A DNA stretch of 64,000 bases from Salisapilia sapeloensis CBS 127946 (lineage: Eukaryota > Protista > Oomycota): contig JAADVB010000001.1 of NCBI GenBank assembly GCA_023334545.1, forward strand, positions 139,194-203,193. The letters are read 5' to 3'. Shown here piece after piece: positions 45,975 through 59,183 of this stretch. Under the pieces are notes generated by a model. It searched no databases, had not been told where the DNA came from, and worked only from the letters and a program-made list of their open reading frames with translations. Each line of letters opens with the position of its first letter. Positions within the stretch are counted from its first letter, which is position 1. Made by a program: the position numbers and the translations under genes.

Positions 45975-48900
45975 TTAATCACTATCGTCGTCACTACTGT
46001 TGCTCGAATCACTATCTGAAAAGTAAGAGTCCGACGATTGGGGCGTATCCAAGCCCTTCTTCTTCGACAAGATGTTCTCGTCGAGCGTATCCGGGTATTG
46101 CGACGGCGGGGGTGGAGGAGGTGGAGAAGGTGGCTGTACAGATCCGTTTTCGACAGGTGCACTAGGCGGATGCTCCGGTCGTTGCGCGTCCGATGCATCT
46201 GAGCTAGAGCTGTCACTCACGTGAAGTCTCCTTGAACGAGACCCAGAAGCTGCAGCACCATTCGCAACATCTTGTGCACTCTTATCATTCGGAGCTTGTG
46301 GCTGCGTCGAGGCTCGTGATGCAGGTCTGTTTGATGGTTGGTTCCGCATAGTCCGTCGGGACCGTTTCCGTGGTGAAGAAGACTGGTCGCTACTCCACTC
46401 GGAGTTGTCACTGGACGAATGGCCACTCGCAGCCTTCTGTCGCGTCCGGTCGGAAGTTCGAGTCGACCGCATCGGTCTAGCTTGCTTCGTCGTCTTGCGT
46501 GCAGTCCTTCGACTCGCACCTCCATTATCACTACTGCTGCTTCCATCCGAGGACGCATCGTCATCACTGAAACTATCATCCGAGCTGCCGGCAGACCATG
46601 CCTTGTTCTCACTACCTTTCGACTCGGCAGGACTCACATCCCCGGAGCTTACAGGTGCAGGTGCATACGTCGTCGGTGGCGCAGACGGCGCAATGCTCTG
46701 ACTAATATCCATCGCAGGCATTTGCTCATCTGCCATCGACTTGACACCCTTCTTCCGTGCCGCGACGCACATGGCGTTAAACATCGTCTCCAACGTATCA
46801 GCGTACTGATACACAGCTGCTTCTCGAGGGTTATACAGGCGACAGTTGGACCATATAAGCGCTCCGTCGCGCTTAAAGTCCTCCCACGACGTATACTTTC
46901 CCGTCTGTGCCTTCTCACGCATCGTACCAAGGTCCATCGGATGCTTGACGACCGTCAGATAGTCCGGACAGCCGTCGTACTCTGGATCCACCGGACGTGA
47001 AAAGAGCTCTGCGATGCCTTCCTCGAGCAACCGATTGACGATGGCGACACAGACGCCTGACAATCTGCTCTTGGACTGATGCAATTTATTCCAGTCGATC
47101 CATCGACCTAGCGCAGGTGCATTGCTTGTCTCCTCCCCTTGACTATCTTCCTGCGGCTCTCCGTCCGATCCAGCATCCGACATATCATTCCGCCTTCGCA
47201 TACGCGACGCTCGGTCTTCCGCTCGCTGACTACGCGTCTGAGCTTCCGTTCCATTCGCATTCTTATTCGACGACATGCTCTCGTCCGTATCACTCCCGCC
47301 ATTCCACGACTGTTTTTTCATCTTCCCAATCGCAATACGAGACGACTTGCGTGGCGGAAGCACTTGCATGGTCAATTCCACTCGTCGAAGTTTCTCCTGC
47401 TCCAGTTTCTCCTGTGTCTTAAGGATCGAGATTAAAGCACCACGTAGTCGCTCCTGCTCTAAAGACCCTCCTTCTAGTGATACAGTCAACCGACGCAAAT
47501 CGTCCACAGTAGACGCAACGACACGCCACTTCGACGGACCCTCTAGCTCCGGCTCAAAGTGTTGTTTCAATCGAGACGTCTCGATACTCCTTCGTATTGC
47601 CTTTCGTGCTTCATACTCTTTCCATAAAGGAGTGTAGTCATGGTGTCGTCGATGGCGATGGCGATGGCTACTACTATGATGGCTTCGAGACGATGAACTC
47701 GACTTCTTCCGATGACGTTTACGAGAAGAAGACTTGTCGCTACTACTACGTCGAGTGCTCTTGCTGCTCTTACTCCGACTCTTCGAAGAGCTCTTGGATG
47801 TACCTTTCGAACTCCGACTGCGCTTGGAAGAAGTCCGACTACGTCGACTCTCTTCCTTTACGCGAGGGCTTGTGGCAGACGGACGTCGGCGTCGAGGCCA
47901 TCCACGCGCATCGTTCACGAGACACTCAAAGCATCGCCACTCACCTGCCGGCCGCTCTCGCAAGGGAGGATCGAGATGCCGCATGTCATAGCACTTCTTA
48001 CAGCTCTCACATGTAATGTCATAGTTGGCGGTAGAGGTTGTCTCGTCCGTGTCTTTCGTTGCCGACACCTCTTGTTTCGTTGGAGAAAGAGGTCCCGTCT
48101 CGGTCTTGACTTTCTTACTAGGAGGTTTATCTTTAACAGACGCAGAGCGACTCTTGTCTTCACCAGACTCATCACTACTGTCGCCATCGTCGTCATCGAT
48201 AATAAACCGCTTCTTCTGCCGTTGACTCGCTTCATCCGACTTGGAAGGCGTGACAGGATCTTCTGTCTTTACCTTTTCATCAGATTCATCACTTGGTTGT
48301 GTTTCTGCTTTCACGTCTTTGGATGGTGGACTGTCATTAAACGTCACTTTTAAGTCTTTCGAGTCCGGCTCCATCTTTTGCGTGGATGGATCCTCCATGT
48401 CAACATCTTTCGTCCCCGTCTCCTTCGGACTAGTCTCGGTTTTAACAGGATTCGAACTACTTTCTTCGTCCAAATCTTTCTCTTTCCTCGTATCCACCTC
48501 TTCCTTTATCGTGCTCTCACCCACCTTCTCAGGACTAGAAGCACGAACTTCCTCTGCCTTTGGAAACGTAGGAACGTCCGATGTATCGATACTGTCCGGA
48601 TCAAAGTCGATGGACATTCGAATGCGCTGGCTATTAGCGAACTCAACCGCATACGTAGGCTGTCTAGAATCAAATAACATGCGAATTAGATACGACCTAC
48701 AAGCTACGAGACAGACTTAAAGCACACCGTTTATCGCGTTGCCAAGACGGAAGGTCCTCTGCATACACCCAACAGTCATCGTCAAAATGCCAGTACTGCG
48801 TCCCATTATCATCCCGACCCAACGGTGTCCCGCGCTAATATCAATACTATCAGACGTACACTGGTATCAAGAGCATGTAAAGCTATTGTACCACTGCGTT

Positions 48901-49876
48901 CATCCGTTTGGAGCTCGTATCTTTCTGGAGAGACGCAATGTGGTCTCGAACATCGACACATGACTCGGCTTTCCAATGACAAAAAGCATTCAAGATTCGA
49001 ACCTGACCATTGAAAGAGACAGTTAGACGTCTAGAATACATCCACGATCGATATCCGATAGAGCACGACGTACTCGCATGTGCACGGACAACTCATCGTA
49101 ACTCGTGTGCTTCATCGGGTTCTCCTGGAACTCTGTGCGCCAGTTCTCCTGCAACTTCCGTGCTACGGTTCGTTCCCATCCTTCCAATCTACATATCCAA
49201 CCGTCCTTGATCAGTGTCTATTGCAATAAAGAAGAGATGGATGCGCAAACGAGCCGATAGCATCGCCCGTGGGTGCTTATAGAACACTGTACGTACACTT
49301 TCTGCTTTTTAATGCCAGTGTGTTCACGAGCTAGTTTGTAATGTAACTCGGCTAGCAATTCGACCTGTCATGAGCCAAAATGTGCAACAAGTAGCGCAAT
49401 AGCATGAAATGTCAGACAATGGATCGAGCATAAGCAAGAGACTTCCCTGCCGATAAGAGTGGAAAGATACGTACGTGATGGGATTTGCGCTGGTTGATCT
49501 CTAAGAGCGCTTCCTCCAGGTCCTATATGCAAAAGAGACACATATAATGTCAGTTTAAGCATTCGGACGTCCATCCGGGGTGTTAAACACGAGGGGGACC
49601 AAGGGAGAGTGTGGACGATTCAGAGCCACCCATTGCTCCCTCCATCCATCCTCGAGCTCACCGCCTCGGACGCACCCACAGACATAGACAACGTACATCT
49701 CGAGTAAATGGCGCAAGTCGCAGCGGCTCTCGAAAGAGCGCACAAAATTGGCATACTTGTGCGAGCTCCTCCATGGACGCTAATTCAGCTTTCGTCGTAC
49801 AAGCTGGCGCTCCAGTCGGTGGAGACGGCATGAGCGAATCGGAATCCGAGTCGGAACCGCTCGAACTGCTCGACAT
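45975..49876 (-). CDS. CECR2/RSF1-like ISWI accessory subunit: DDT-WHIM-PHD-bromodomain (multi-exon)
   Basis: The 5' exons (49876 onward) give a DDT-like LASMEELAQVCQFCALFREPLRLAPFTRDDLEEALL and a WHIM-like LRGTPLGRDDNGTQYWHF, joining the 901-aa ORF with PHD (CESC..HLDPPL..WRCFEC) and bromodomain (LFSRPVDP..DYLTVVKHPMDLGTM..IWSNCRLYN). Confidence 0.85.
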
Positions 49877-50209
49877 TGTGAGTGCAACTGCAGTAGCAAA
49901 CGGCTCTCCAAGGCGGAACGAACGCGACCACGTCGCGCCTTCCTTTTGTGTCTTAATTACGCAGAGCTCGTCGGGGGCTTCCTTTATCTTGGATATTCTA
50001 TGTCTCTTACAAGTAAAAAAATGTATGGCCTCGAATCGACTTTTTCAAAAACATACAAATTGAATTTTATTTCGATACAAATGAAAATATCTTTTGAGCA
50101 AGAATGCAAGTAGAGCTTGTCGATCGATAGATAGACATGGATGTTATATACGTAGTAGAGGTAGGATGGAAAGAGAATGATTGTATTCATCTCGTGAAGA
50201 AGTCCATGT

Positions 50210-51929
50210 CTAGACATTGATCGAGTCGACGTTTTCAACTGCCAAGAGGTCCGCGTGACGCTCGAACAAGGGCTTGACTTCGTCATTGACAAACTCCTCC
50301 ACTTGCTGAGGGCTACGACCGATGAAAAGCGTCGGGTCCAGTAGTTCCTCCAGCTTGTTGTGGACAGCAGCAAAGCGGTCGTCCTTAGCGATGCGTTCCA
50401 TCAAGTCATTCGCCGCGCCGTCTTCCTTGACACGCTTCCCAGCTTCCATCGAGTGTTCTCGAATGGCTTCATGGAGCTCCTGACGGTCACCTCCGTTCTT
50501 AACACACGCCATAAGGATGTTCTCCGTCGCCATGAAGGGCAATTCAGCACGAATGTGCTTCTTAATAACGTTCGGCCACACCTGAAGACCGTCCGAGACA
50601 TTAGACACGAGGTTCAGGATCACATCCGTCGCCAAAAACGCTTCCGGAAGTACCATACGTCTACAGTAGACAGACTGAGTACATTATATGGATGCAGATA
50701 CTAGACGACATACCGGTTCGCAGAGTCATCAAGCGTGCGTTCAAACCACTGGGACGAATGCGTCTGAGCGCCATTGTCCGTGAGCGAAATCACGTAGCGA
50801 GCGAGACTGCAGATACGTTCCGAACGCATCGGATTACGCTTGTACGCCATTGCAGACGATCCGATCTAGAATCTCCAAATAAGACGACTAGAGACGATTA
50901 GAGTTATCGACAAGTACGCACTTGGTTCTTCTCGAACGGTTCCTCAATCTCCTTCATATTGGCCAACAAGCGAATGTCACCTACTCCAAGTTATTAACGT
51001 CATGAACACCCACATGATACCAATCAACATACCGGCCATCTTGTACGCCGACTGAGCAATGCCAGAGAGGACGGACAGGACAAAGTAGTCGAGTTTACGC
51101 GTGTACGTTTGACCAGAGACTGGGATCACCTTCTTGAAACCCATTTGCTCCGCCACCAATTCGTTCAGTTTCTTCACTTTTTCATGATCACCGTCGAAAA
51201 GGTCCAAGAAACTAGCTTGTGTACCCGTCGTGCCCTTCACACCACGCATCGGGAGCTTGTCCACTTCTTCCGTCAGACGTTCAAAGTCGAGCCAAAAGTC
51301 CTGGAGCCAGAGCGACGCACGCTTGCCTACCGTCACAAGCTGAGCTGGCTGGAAGTGCGTAAAGCCCATCGTCGGCATGTCCTTGTACTATATATAAAGG
51401 TTAGTCATGGTGATTGCGCATTCCGTGGTACAGCCAGGAACCTCGATGGCAAAGTCCGCCAGCGTACGCATGGCCTTGAGAAGCTTGCGCTGAATGAGCT
51501 GCAGTCCTTGCTTGATCTACTTTTGTATTACAATCGTGTTTTCTACTGCTTAATCGGTTAAAGTACCTGGATCAAGTCGGCATTGTCTCCAACGTAGCAA
51601 CTCGTGGCACCAAGGTGGATGATGGGCATTGCCTCTGGTGCTGCTTTGCCAAACGTATGGACATGTGCCATGACGTCATGACGGAATTTCTTCTCCATCT
51701 CGGCAGCATACTCAAAGTCAATGTCGTGCAAGTGGTTACGCATCGCCTCGAGCTGCTCATCCGTGATCTTCAGACCGAGCTGTTTCTCGGCCGTTGCGAG
51801 TGCCAACCAGAGCTGTCGCCACGTAGAGAACTTGCGGTCTGGTGACCAGACAGCACTCATCTCTTTTGTCGCATATCGACTAACAAGCGGATGCTCATAT
51901 TGCCCGTGCTTAGACTCTTCTACCGACAT
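50210..51929 (-). CDS. ADSL: Adenylosuccinate lyase (multi-exon)
   Basis: [106 protein letters not shown]. Confidence 0.96.
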
Positions 51930-52038
51930 ATTCGTTTTTCAATTGTGTGGTAAGCAATCGTTTGATGCAATTGGAGGAAACGTGAAAAAGACAAGAGCTG
52001 ATTGGTGGATAATGCGTTTCAATCTAACTTCAAGTGCT

Positions 52039-53541
52039 CTACATGCGGATCTGGAAGCGTCCGGCCTTGGTCAGCGTACGCACGCCTTTATACGGTTTGT
52101 AGTTCTCATTCGAAATCAACAACGTCTCGACGTTAAGACCGGAGACAGTGGCCATGGGCACTTTAAAACCCAGAAGGACGATCGGCTTTTCATCCGGTAC
52201 AGACGCATTCTGATGCAAGATGACATTCCCACGCAACGTTGGGCTCAAGACCTTTCGACCGAGCTTCCCGACTGTCCACTTTAGTGTCTTGCTGGATTCG
52301 TCAAAGAGACAGGATCCACTCTCGGTGTCTGCATCGACCGTCCGGACGCTTTTGGGGAAAATGACGTCGACTGTCACGTCCTCCACCTGCAGACTCTTCT
52401 TCGAATTGGATGCAAGCGTCGGGACACCTCTAGTCCCAATCTGCAGATCCAACGTCCCAGATCCTTTATCGCCATAGCTTACTTGCGGGTGGACGTACAC
52501 AGGTGGAACAAGATGCTGTACCTGGACGCGATACTGCATCAGTTCGAACTGTCCGTCTGGTGGGACGAACGAGATCACGCGTTCACGTTCGTAGCGAGAG
52601 TAGCGGACACAAGGATGGAAAGAACAGTCATCTAGAACAGACGGATCTGCAAAGACCATGGTGAGGTCTGGAACACCAGACAATCGACTGTTGGCCTGGA
52701 TAGCGCCATTCACTTCACACGAGATCATGCGACCACTGTTATCCACAATCGCATCGATCTCTTCGACAATGTCAAAGTAGATTTCATTCTGCGTGTACTT
52801 GACGCCACTCTTTCGCCACGGGATGTTTGACATGGCACCTTCCGGCAACGTATTGCTGACTTGGGACTTGCCCTGCAATAGCGTTAGTGAATATGTTAAG
52901 AGCTAGTGGATAAAGTAGGCGTACTGAAACCATGGCAGCGATGCGATTAGCGGTGGAAGGAGGTGCGACCATGGCCTTTAAAGCGTTTGGCTCCGTTGTG
53001 AGTGGATATCCATTATCCAGCATTTCTTCCAGGAGCTAGATACAAGACAGTAGCGTTAGTGACGACCTACTGCCGAGTGATACGAGCGTATGGATACCTG
53101 ATAGACGGTGGAGAAATTCTCCTTCATGGCGTTTTCATCAAAGGATCCAAAGTAGTCTCGAAAGACAGCCAGTACACGATGCAGGAACTCGATTACGAAG
53201 AGAGGCGAGATCTGATCATATACATCTAAAAATCCATTCGCATACGCTCGATACGAGACTAGCTTACCTCATTCGTAACGACAGCCAGGACAAAGAGATC
53301 ATCACGAAAGACACTCACAAGATAGTATTTGCTCGTCGTAATGATCGGTGGTACATCTTCCCGATCTTGATACTTGTTCACCTCTTCCATGAAAAAATCG
53401 CACACATTGCGATTCGTTAATCCGCGCCAATGCTTTTCAATAATCACCTCTCTACACACTACACGTCAATCTCCCCTCTATCTTCCATCAACGCTAGTGC
53501 ATATACCCGGTCGTCGTCACGAAGAACATGGACTGGATCAT
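52039..53541 (-). CDS. AP3M: AP-3 complex mu subunit (multi-exon)
   Basis: MIQSMFFVTTTG|EVIIEKHWRG, EMLDNGYPLTTEPNALK, IPWRKSGVKYTQNEIYFDIVEEIDAI, LSGVPDLT, LDDCSFHPCVR, SFVPPDGQF.LM.Y, PYKGVR..TKAGRFQIR. Confidence 0.93.
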
Positions 53542-53650
53542 CCTGCCCTCAATTGACACTTGGACGCGTGATGTCCTGGACTGGTGTCGAGTGGCAGTAT
53601 ATAGAAAATAAAAATTCTACGAGCAATTCGATCCAAATCGCGTAAAAAGC

Positions 53651-55134
53651 ATGGTCAAGAAGGCAGCGAGTACCGGCGCAGACGGACAGACGTCTGCATC
53701 TGCATCGGAAGAACGCATTCAAAAGGCTACGTTGAGATACCTTACTGCCGACGGTGCACGTCACATTGGCGAATACAAGTACAGTGGCAGTGACGCTTCG
53801 CTATTGTACAACTATGCAATTTCACCAACGGCGCAGCTACTGGTGGACAATGTCTTGCCGCCATGGCTTGCGCCCAATACCATTACCATCTCTGGACTCA
53901 GTCTTATTGTGCTATCTCATATCTTTATGCTGTGGTACGTCGGGATCTTGTAGAACCCTTTGCAACGCTTCGCGTATCTGATCCGATCCCATTGTAGGTA
54001 CTCGCCGAATATGATCGAGGAAGCTCCTCGTTGGGTGTACGCCTTCTCTGGTGTAGCGCTAGTGACCTATCAAGTGCTGGATGTTGCCGATGGAAAGCAG
54101 GCACGCAAGACCGGCAACTCTTCGCCTCTTGGTCTCCTCTTCGATCATGGATGCGATGCCCTTAATGTCACTGTCAGCGCTTGCACCTTTGCCTCTACGA
54201 TTGGCACAGGTCCCACCTTTTGGGTACTCCATCCATCTATTATATCCTTCAGTTCCTATTGTCTTATAATCTTCCCTCTTGTAGTCTCTCATGCTGCTCC
54301 TTGCTCCCATGATGGTCTTCTTCATGGCTACATGGGAAGAGTACTATACTGGTACGCTGGCCTTGGGACCTGTAAACGGTCCGAACGAAGGTCTAGCCAT
54401 CATGTACGTCTTGTACATTGCAACAGCAGTAGTTGGTCCAGCCATTTGGCACGAACCATTCATGTACTACCCATCGATCAACAACAACCAAGCCTTTGTT
54501 CTCTTCACGTGCTTTATGGCCATCGGCCAATGCTTCCTCAGCGGTACGTCAAACCCTTCCACTATCTCAAGCTCCTGATACTTAAATCTACTGTCTAGTC
54601 TTCATCGCCATCCGATCGCTGGAACAAAAGACACGAGATGGATTCGCAGCTTTGATGGGTCTCACGCCATTCGCAGCTCTCATCGCACTATCGGCAATCT
54701 GGGTCCTATGCTCTCCTTCGGACATTTTCACCGACCACCCGCGTCTCATCATGTGGACTGTCGGTCTCCTCTTTGCCAAGGTATTTCCTTCTACATCATT
54801 TGTTACCTCGACTGCTGACGTTGCTTGTAGATGGTGATGCACATGATGCTAGCGCACATGACAGAAGAGCCCTACTGGCTCCTACGCAAGACCTTCCAAG
54901 TCCAACTAGCAGTCGCTTTCTTACTCACCGTCGGCGTCGTCCCACTCGTACAGATTCTATTCAACTCACTAGCTCTTTCTTTCAACTTATATTTTGATAT
55001 AGGGACATGAAACGCTTGTCGTTGAACTATTCTTCATCATCACCTTGGCAGCGTATGCACACATGGTGTACCACGTCATTACGGAAGTCGCGACGGTCTT
55101 GGGCATCCGTGTCTTCAAGGTGAAGGAGATTTAA
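53651..55134 (+). CDS. EPT1: CDP-alcohol phosphatidyltransferase (choline/ethanolamine phosphotransferase, AAPT/EPT1-like; multi-exon)
   Basis: YKYSGSDASLLYNY, PPWLAPNTITISG, CDP-alcohol signature DVADGKQARKTGNSSPLGLLFDHGCD, ATWEEYYTG.L, NGPNEG; ends ...FKVKEI* at 55134. Confidence 0.92.
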
Positions 55135-55332
55135 GCAATCGCTCGAGATATAAAGCTGCACCGAAAATACATGCCATTCAATTTGCCACTTTCAAGTACG
55201 ATTGCTAAATACTGGTGACGGCTACACCATTGTCAAGGACTCTTCTAGCGGTAGTTGCAGTAAAAATGCAACGACATACGCCAAGAGGATTACGACTACA
55301 CTTTTCAAAATCGTTTGCCGCCACGGATGTGT

Positions 55333-56270
55333 CTACACAGCGTTATAACAGTCGCTCCCTTGGATACGAAATCGATGTCGTACAGATTCAAAATGCAGCT
55401 CGCTTCGTCTAGTCATTCCGATTCGCTCCACCTTTCGCATGTACTCTTCCATGCTCTTCATCTGCGATAAAATATAAATAAAGTTCTTTGCCTGCATCAT
55501 GAAGGAAGATACCTTTTCCTCCAGGATCTCCATGCGGGTGGACAGCCTCATGTGCTTGTTTGCAGCCTCTGTTGCTTCTGTCACACACCTCTGCTCTGTC
55601 ATGTCGACATCGATCTGACGGTACTTGGCATCTTCCTCCAAGCTATTCATTCGTTCCTGCAGCTTGTGTAGCTCTTCATACACTTCTTCCTATAGCACAC
55701 GTCATTCATGATCAACGAAGCTTGTAATACGACAAGACATACATCCAATGTCGATGTCTGTGGTTCTACTCTATCCGGTCCTGAATCATGGATCAAGCTG
55801 TCGATCTCTTGAAACAGTGTATCGGCGTATCTATCTTCTCGCTCCTGTCCTACAAACTCTTCCTTCTGTCTAGCGTACTCGCCACTCCATTCTTCCTGCC
55901 ATGGCAACTTGTCTTCTCGAAAGGTATCTTTGTCTTGCCGGTGGGATGCAGGAAACTCCATCGATGGAGCTGATGCTGCTGCTTGGGCGTCATCCTCTTT
56001 CAAGTAGGCGTCCATATCGTCATGATACCCATTGCTCACGTATGTACTAGACTTGGTGGACAGCTCGGATGCATCCAGTCGCTCTGGTAGACAGGACGAG
56101 TACACTTCTTGCGATAGCCGTCGTAGTCGCTCGCCAGCTTTACTACGCGGGATACGCGACGCCAGATGCTCCCCACTATTCATCCGCTCTCGAGATCGAT
56201 TGCCGTCCTGATTCCCATCCGCATCCATTTCCTCCTTGTATATCTTGTCTCTATTCATCTCAGTAGCCAT
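55333..56270 (-). CDS. Hypothetical protein with C-terminal coiled coil (2 introns)
   Basis: Exon 1 from 56270 splices (GAT|GTATGT..CTATAG|GAA) into EEVYEELHKLQERMNSLEEDAKY..., with a second intron before MKSMEEY; no family recognised. Confidence 0.65.
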
Positions 56271-56493
56271 GTATTCTATAGCAATAGCTGTTAAAGCACT
56301 TTATGCATCTACCACTGTCAAGTGCCGAGTACTCTCCATGCAGTTATTTATACCATTGCGATAAATTACACCCGGTTACCACCTCGAGCTACATGGACGT
56401 ACCACATCTACTAGACTAGCTAGAAAGAAGGATGGAAGCTAGGATGAAAGTGCTGAAAGCATGTATTACTACAAGGCTAAGAAAGAAAAGGAA

Positions 56494-57577
56494 TCACTCT
56501 GCTGCTTTGCTCATTTCTCGCACATAGGCAGCAGCTTCTTGTGCTTTTTCTTCTAAATTGCTATCTTGAGACGCTTGTGGATGCATCTCTGGAGGTAATT
56601 CTGGACCAAATGCTCGTTTCTTTTCATGATTCGATCCATCTTCATCAGAAGTATCTTGATCTAATTGCGATAATAGTTCCTTTCGAAGACTTTCGTGGGC
56701 TGGGTTATGACGAGTGAACCGCAATGGCGTGTCTTTCTCGTTGTGATACACCGTCCCGAGTGATTCTTCCACAGACGACTCGACCTTTTGGACAAAGTCT
56801 TCTGGTGAATTGTGAAAGCTACTTGATAGTTAGTATGCATGTATTTCGATGTTCGACTATATCACGTACAGGTGGACGGCTGTGGGATTCGCGACTTGTG
56901 CGTCTTCTGGAAACTCTTTCATGTAAAAGATGCTCTTCAGATAGGTCAAGACAGCAACCATGTAGTGCAATTCAGGATCCCATTCCGGAAACTTTGGTGT
57001 CAAATCTAATTGTCGCGTCTACTTTGGTTTAGATACAAGTTTGAATCGCACAAAATACTAGCTTTACCTCTGGATGGACGTATGGATGGAATACAGTTGT
57101 ATTGAAGACAATTTTCGGAAAAGTACCCGCTGCATTATACCTATGCATACGATAAAACCATGCTAGAAAGCATACATACTGAACAACGTACTCTTCCGGG
57201 ATGTAGATCGTGAACTTAAACACACCATTGCGATAGAGACCAGTGTGGATAAAGATCGTGCCGTACCAGACTCTTGAATCATCAAAGCTTGGGAGAACGT
57301 AGATACCAGCAGGAACATGCTGTCGAAGATGTTTATACTCGATCATCAGACCATAATCCTTGATCGTTTGAGAACGATAGCGCTGCAATGACGACATCTG
57401 GTCACTCTTCGGTCCTTCACTTGATCGTCTGCGACCAAAGGAAGGTCTAAAGCTTCCATGATTAGGCCGCTGCTCCTCTCTACAGACACAAGGGAAGATG
57501 CGCAGGAGCATGTCAGTGACGTCGACCATCGTTCGGCACCACATTGTGCGTAGCCAGCAGCCCGTATATCTCGACAA
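56494..57577 (-). CDS. AKTIP: AKT-interacting protein / Crossbronx-like inactive UBC-fold protein (multi-exon)
   Basis: KDYGLMIEYKHLRQHVPAGIYVLPSF..WYGTIFIHTGLYRNGVFKF, VFHPYVHP, FPEWDPELHYMVAVLTYLKSIFY; no catalytic E2 Cys seen. Start may be 57529. Confidence 0.85.
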
Positions 57578-57745
57578 AGCTTTCGACTGTCTACACCATG
57601 TTTGCTATTGAAAAAAGACGTACTCGTGGTCGCTGCTCTTGGGTGTGCGTCGGAGCATCCGCCGTGTCTGGCTTGTTGTTAATAGGTGTGGTACAGTGTA
57701 CCGCTTAGGTGGTACAACCGACCATCGATCAGAGCAATAGGCACC

Positions 57746-58998
57746 ATGTCCGAATATAAGCGCTACGAGTCCGTCGGTGTGCATACGATAGAAGGCAATG
57801 TGGCTGGTCGAAGGGCTGCTGAGCTAGATAAGCAACGGGAGAAGCAAAAGCAGGAGTTTGATGCGAAGAGAGAGGAGATTCAGCGTCAGAACCAGCGTGG
57901 AGCGTTGCTGGACAAGAACTTTGAATCATCTCGTGATGATGCTGATGCTGAATTCAAGGTACGAATGTATTGCTATCTTTTAATATGTATGTCGATTAAT
58001 CATATTGCTGCTTCAATGAATAGAGGCAAACAGTAGGGCTTGTAAGTGCTGCTGAATTTCGCAAGCGACGGGAAGACATTGAAAATCGCAAGGACACTCG
58101 CATCGAAGCAACGTACTATAACATTCCCATACCTTGCAACCATCACCTAACATGATGACATGAAAACTGCTAGTGAAAAGCAGGACACGAAAGTGACGAA
58201 AAAGCCCAAGAAGAAACGCAAGGCCAAGACGATCGGTGCCTTATCATTTTCTCTTGACGATGAGGAAGAAGTGGACGCCTCGAAGCCAAGTCCAATCGCT
58301 CAAAAGAAGAAGAAGATCACCAAGGATCCAGACGTTGACACCGATTTCCTACCAGACAAAGATCGAGAGGAGGAAGAAGCAAAGGAGCGACAGAGACTGC
58401 AGGTCGAGTGGGAGCAAGAGCAGGAGAGGATTCGCAACGAGCAAGTTGCTGTCACATACAGCTACTGGGATGGAAGTGGTCATCGACGCGAGATCACTGT
58501 AGCTAAAAAGACGACCATCGGCAAATATTTGGAACTCGTTCGTCAGCAACTATCGTCCGAGTTCTCGGAACTGCGCGGTATTAGTGCCGAGAATCTCATG
58601 TACATTAAAGAAGACTTGATCATCCCTCACCACTACTCTTTCTACGACCTCATCGTCACGAAAGCACGAGGCAAGAGCGGTCCACTCTTCCACTTTGACG
58701 TCCATGACGACGTTCGACTCATCAATGACGTTCGAGTCGAAAAGGATGAAGTACGTAGACACATATCCATGATCATACACACCATTCACATGCATCTGTA
58801 CTAGTCACATCCAGGCAAAGTAGTCGAAAGGCATTGGTATGAAAAGAACAAGCACATTTTCCCTGCCAGTCGATGGGAAGTGGTACGTCTCTCTATCCTG
58901 TCATTCTTATCTATATCTAACCATCTTCCTAGTACGATCCGAATGTCCAGCGAGATCGATACACGATCCACGGAGATGAAGTGCATAAAAAGAAGTGA
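57746..58998 (+). CDS. FAM50: XAP5 / FAM50 family nuclear protein (multi-exon)
   Basis: [114 protein letters not shown]. Confidence 0.96.
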
Positions 58999-59183
58999 AT
59001 ACAAGACAGACAAGTCCAAGCGAACAGAGCTTCTTTGAATATTGATTGCATTAAATCACTTCGCTGCTATCTGTCCGAAAGGAGCTAGACGAGCGCAAGG
59101 AATCGTCGAGACATGAAAAAAGAAAGAGAGGAACTAGTTCGTTCAACATGATAGAAAGCATCCGTTAACGGACGAGAATCTTC

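Noticed and set aside
49611-50373. Stand-alone short ORFs at 49611-50063 (+), 49658-49876 (-) and 49984-50373 (-)
   Set aside because: 49658-49876 is exon 1 of the CECR2-like gene read into its intron; the others are off-frame or antisense shadows.
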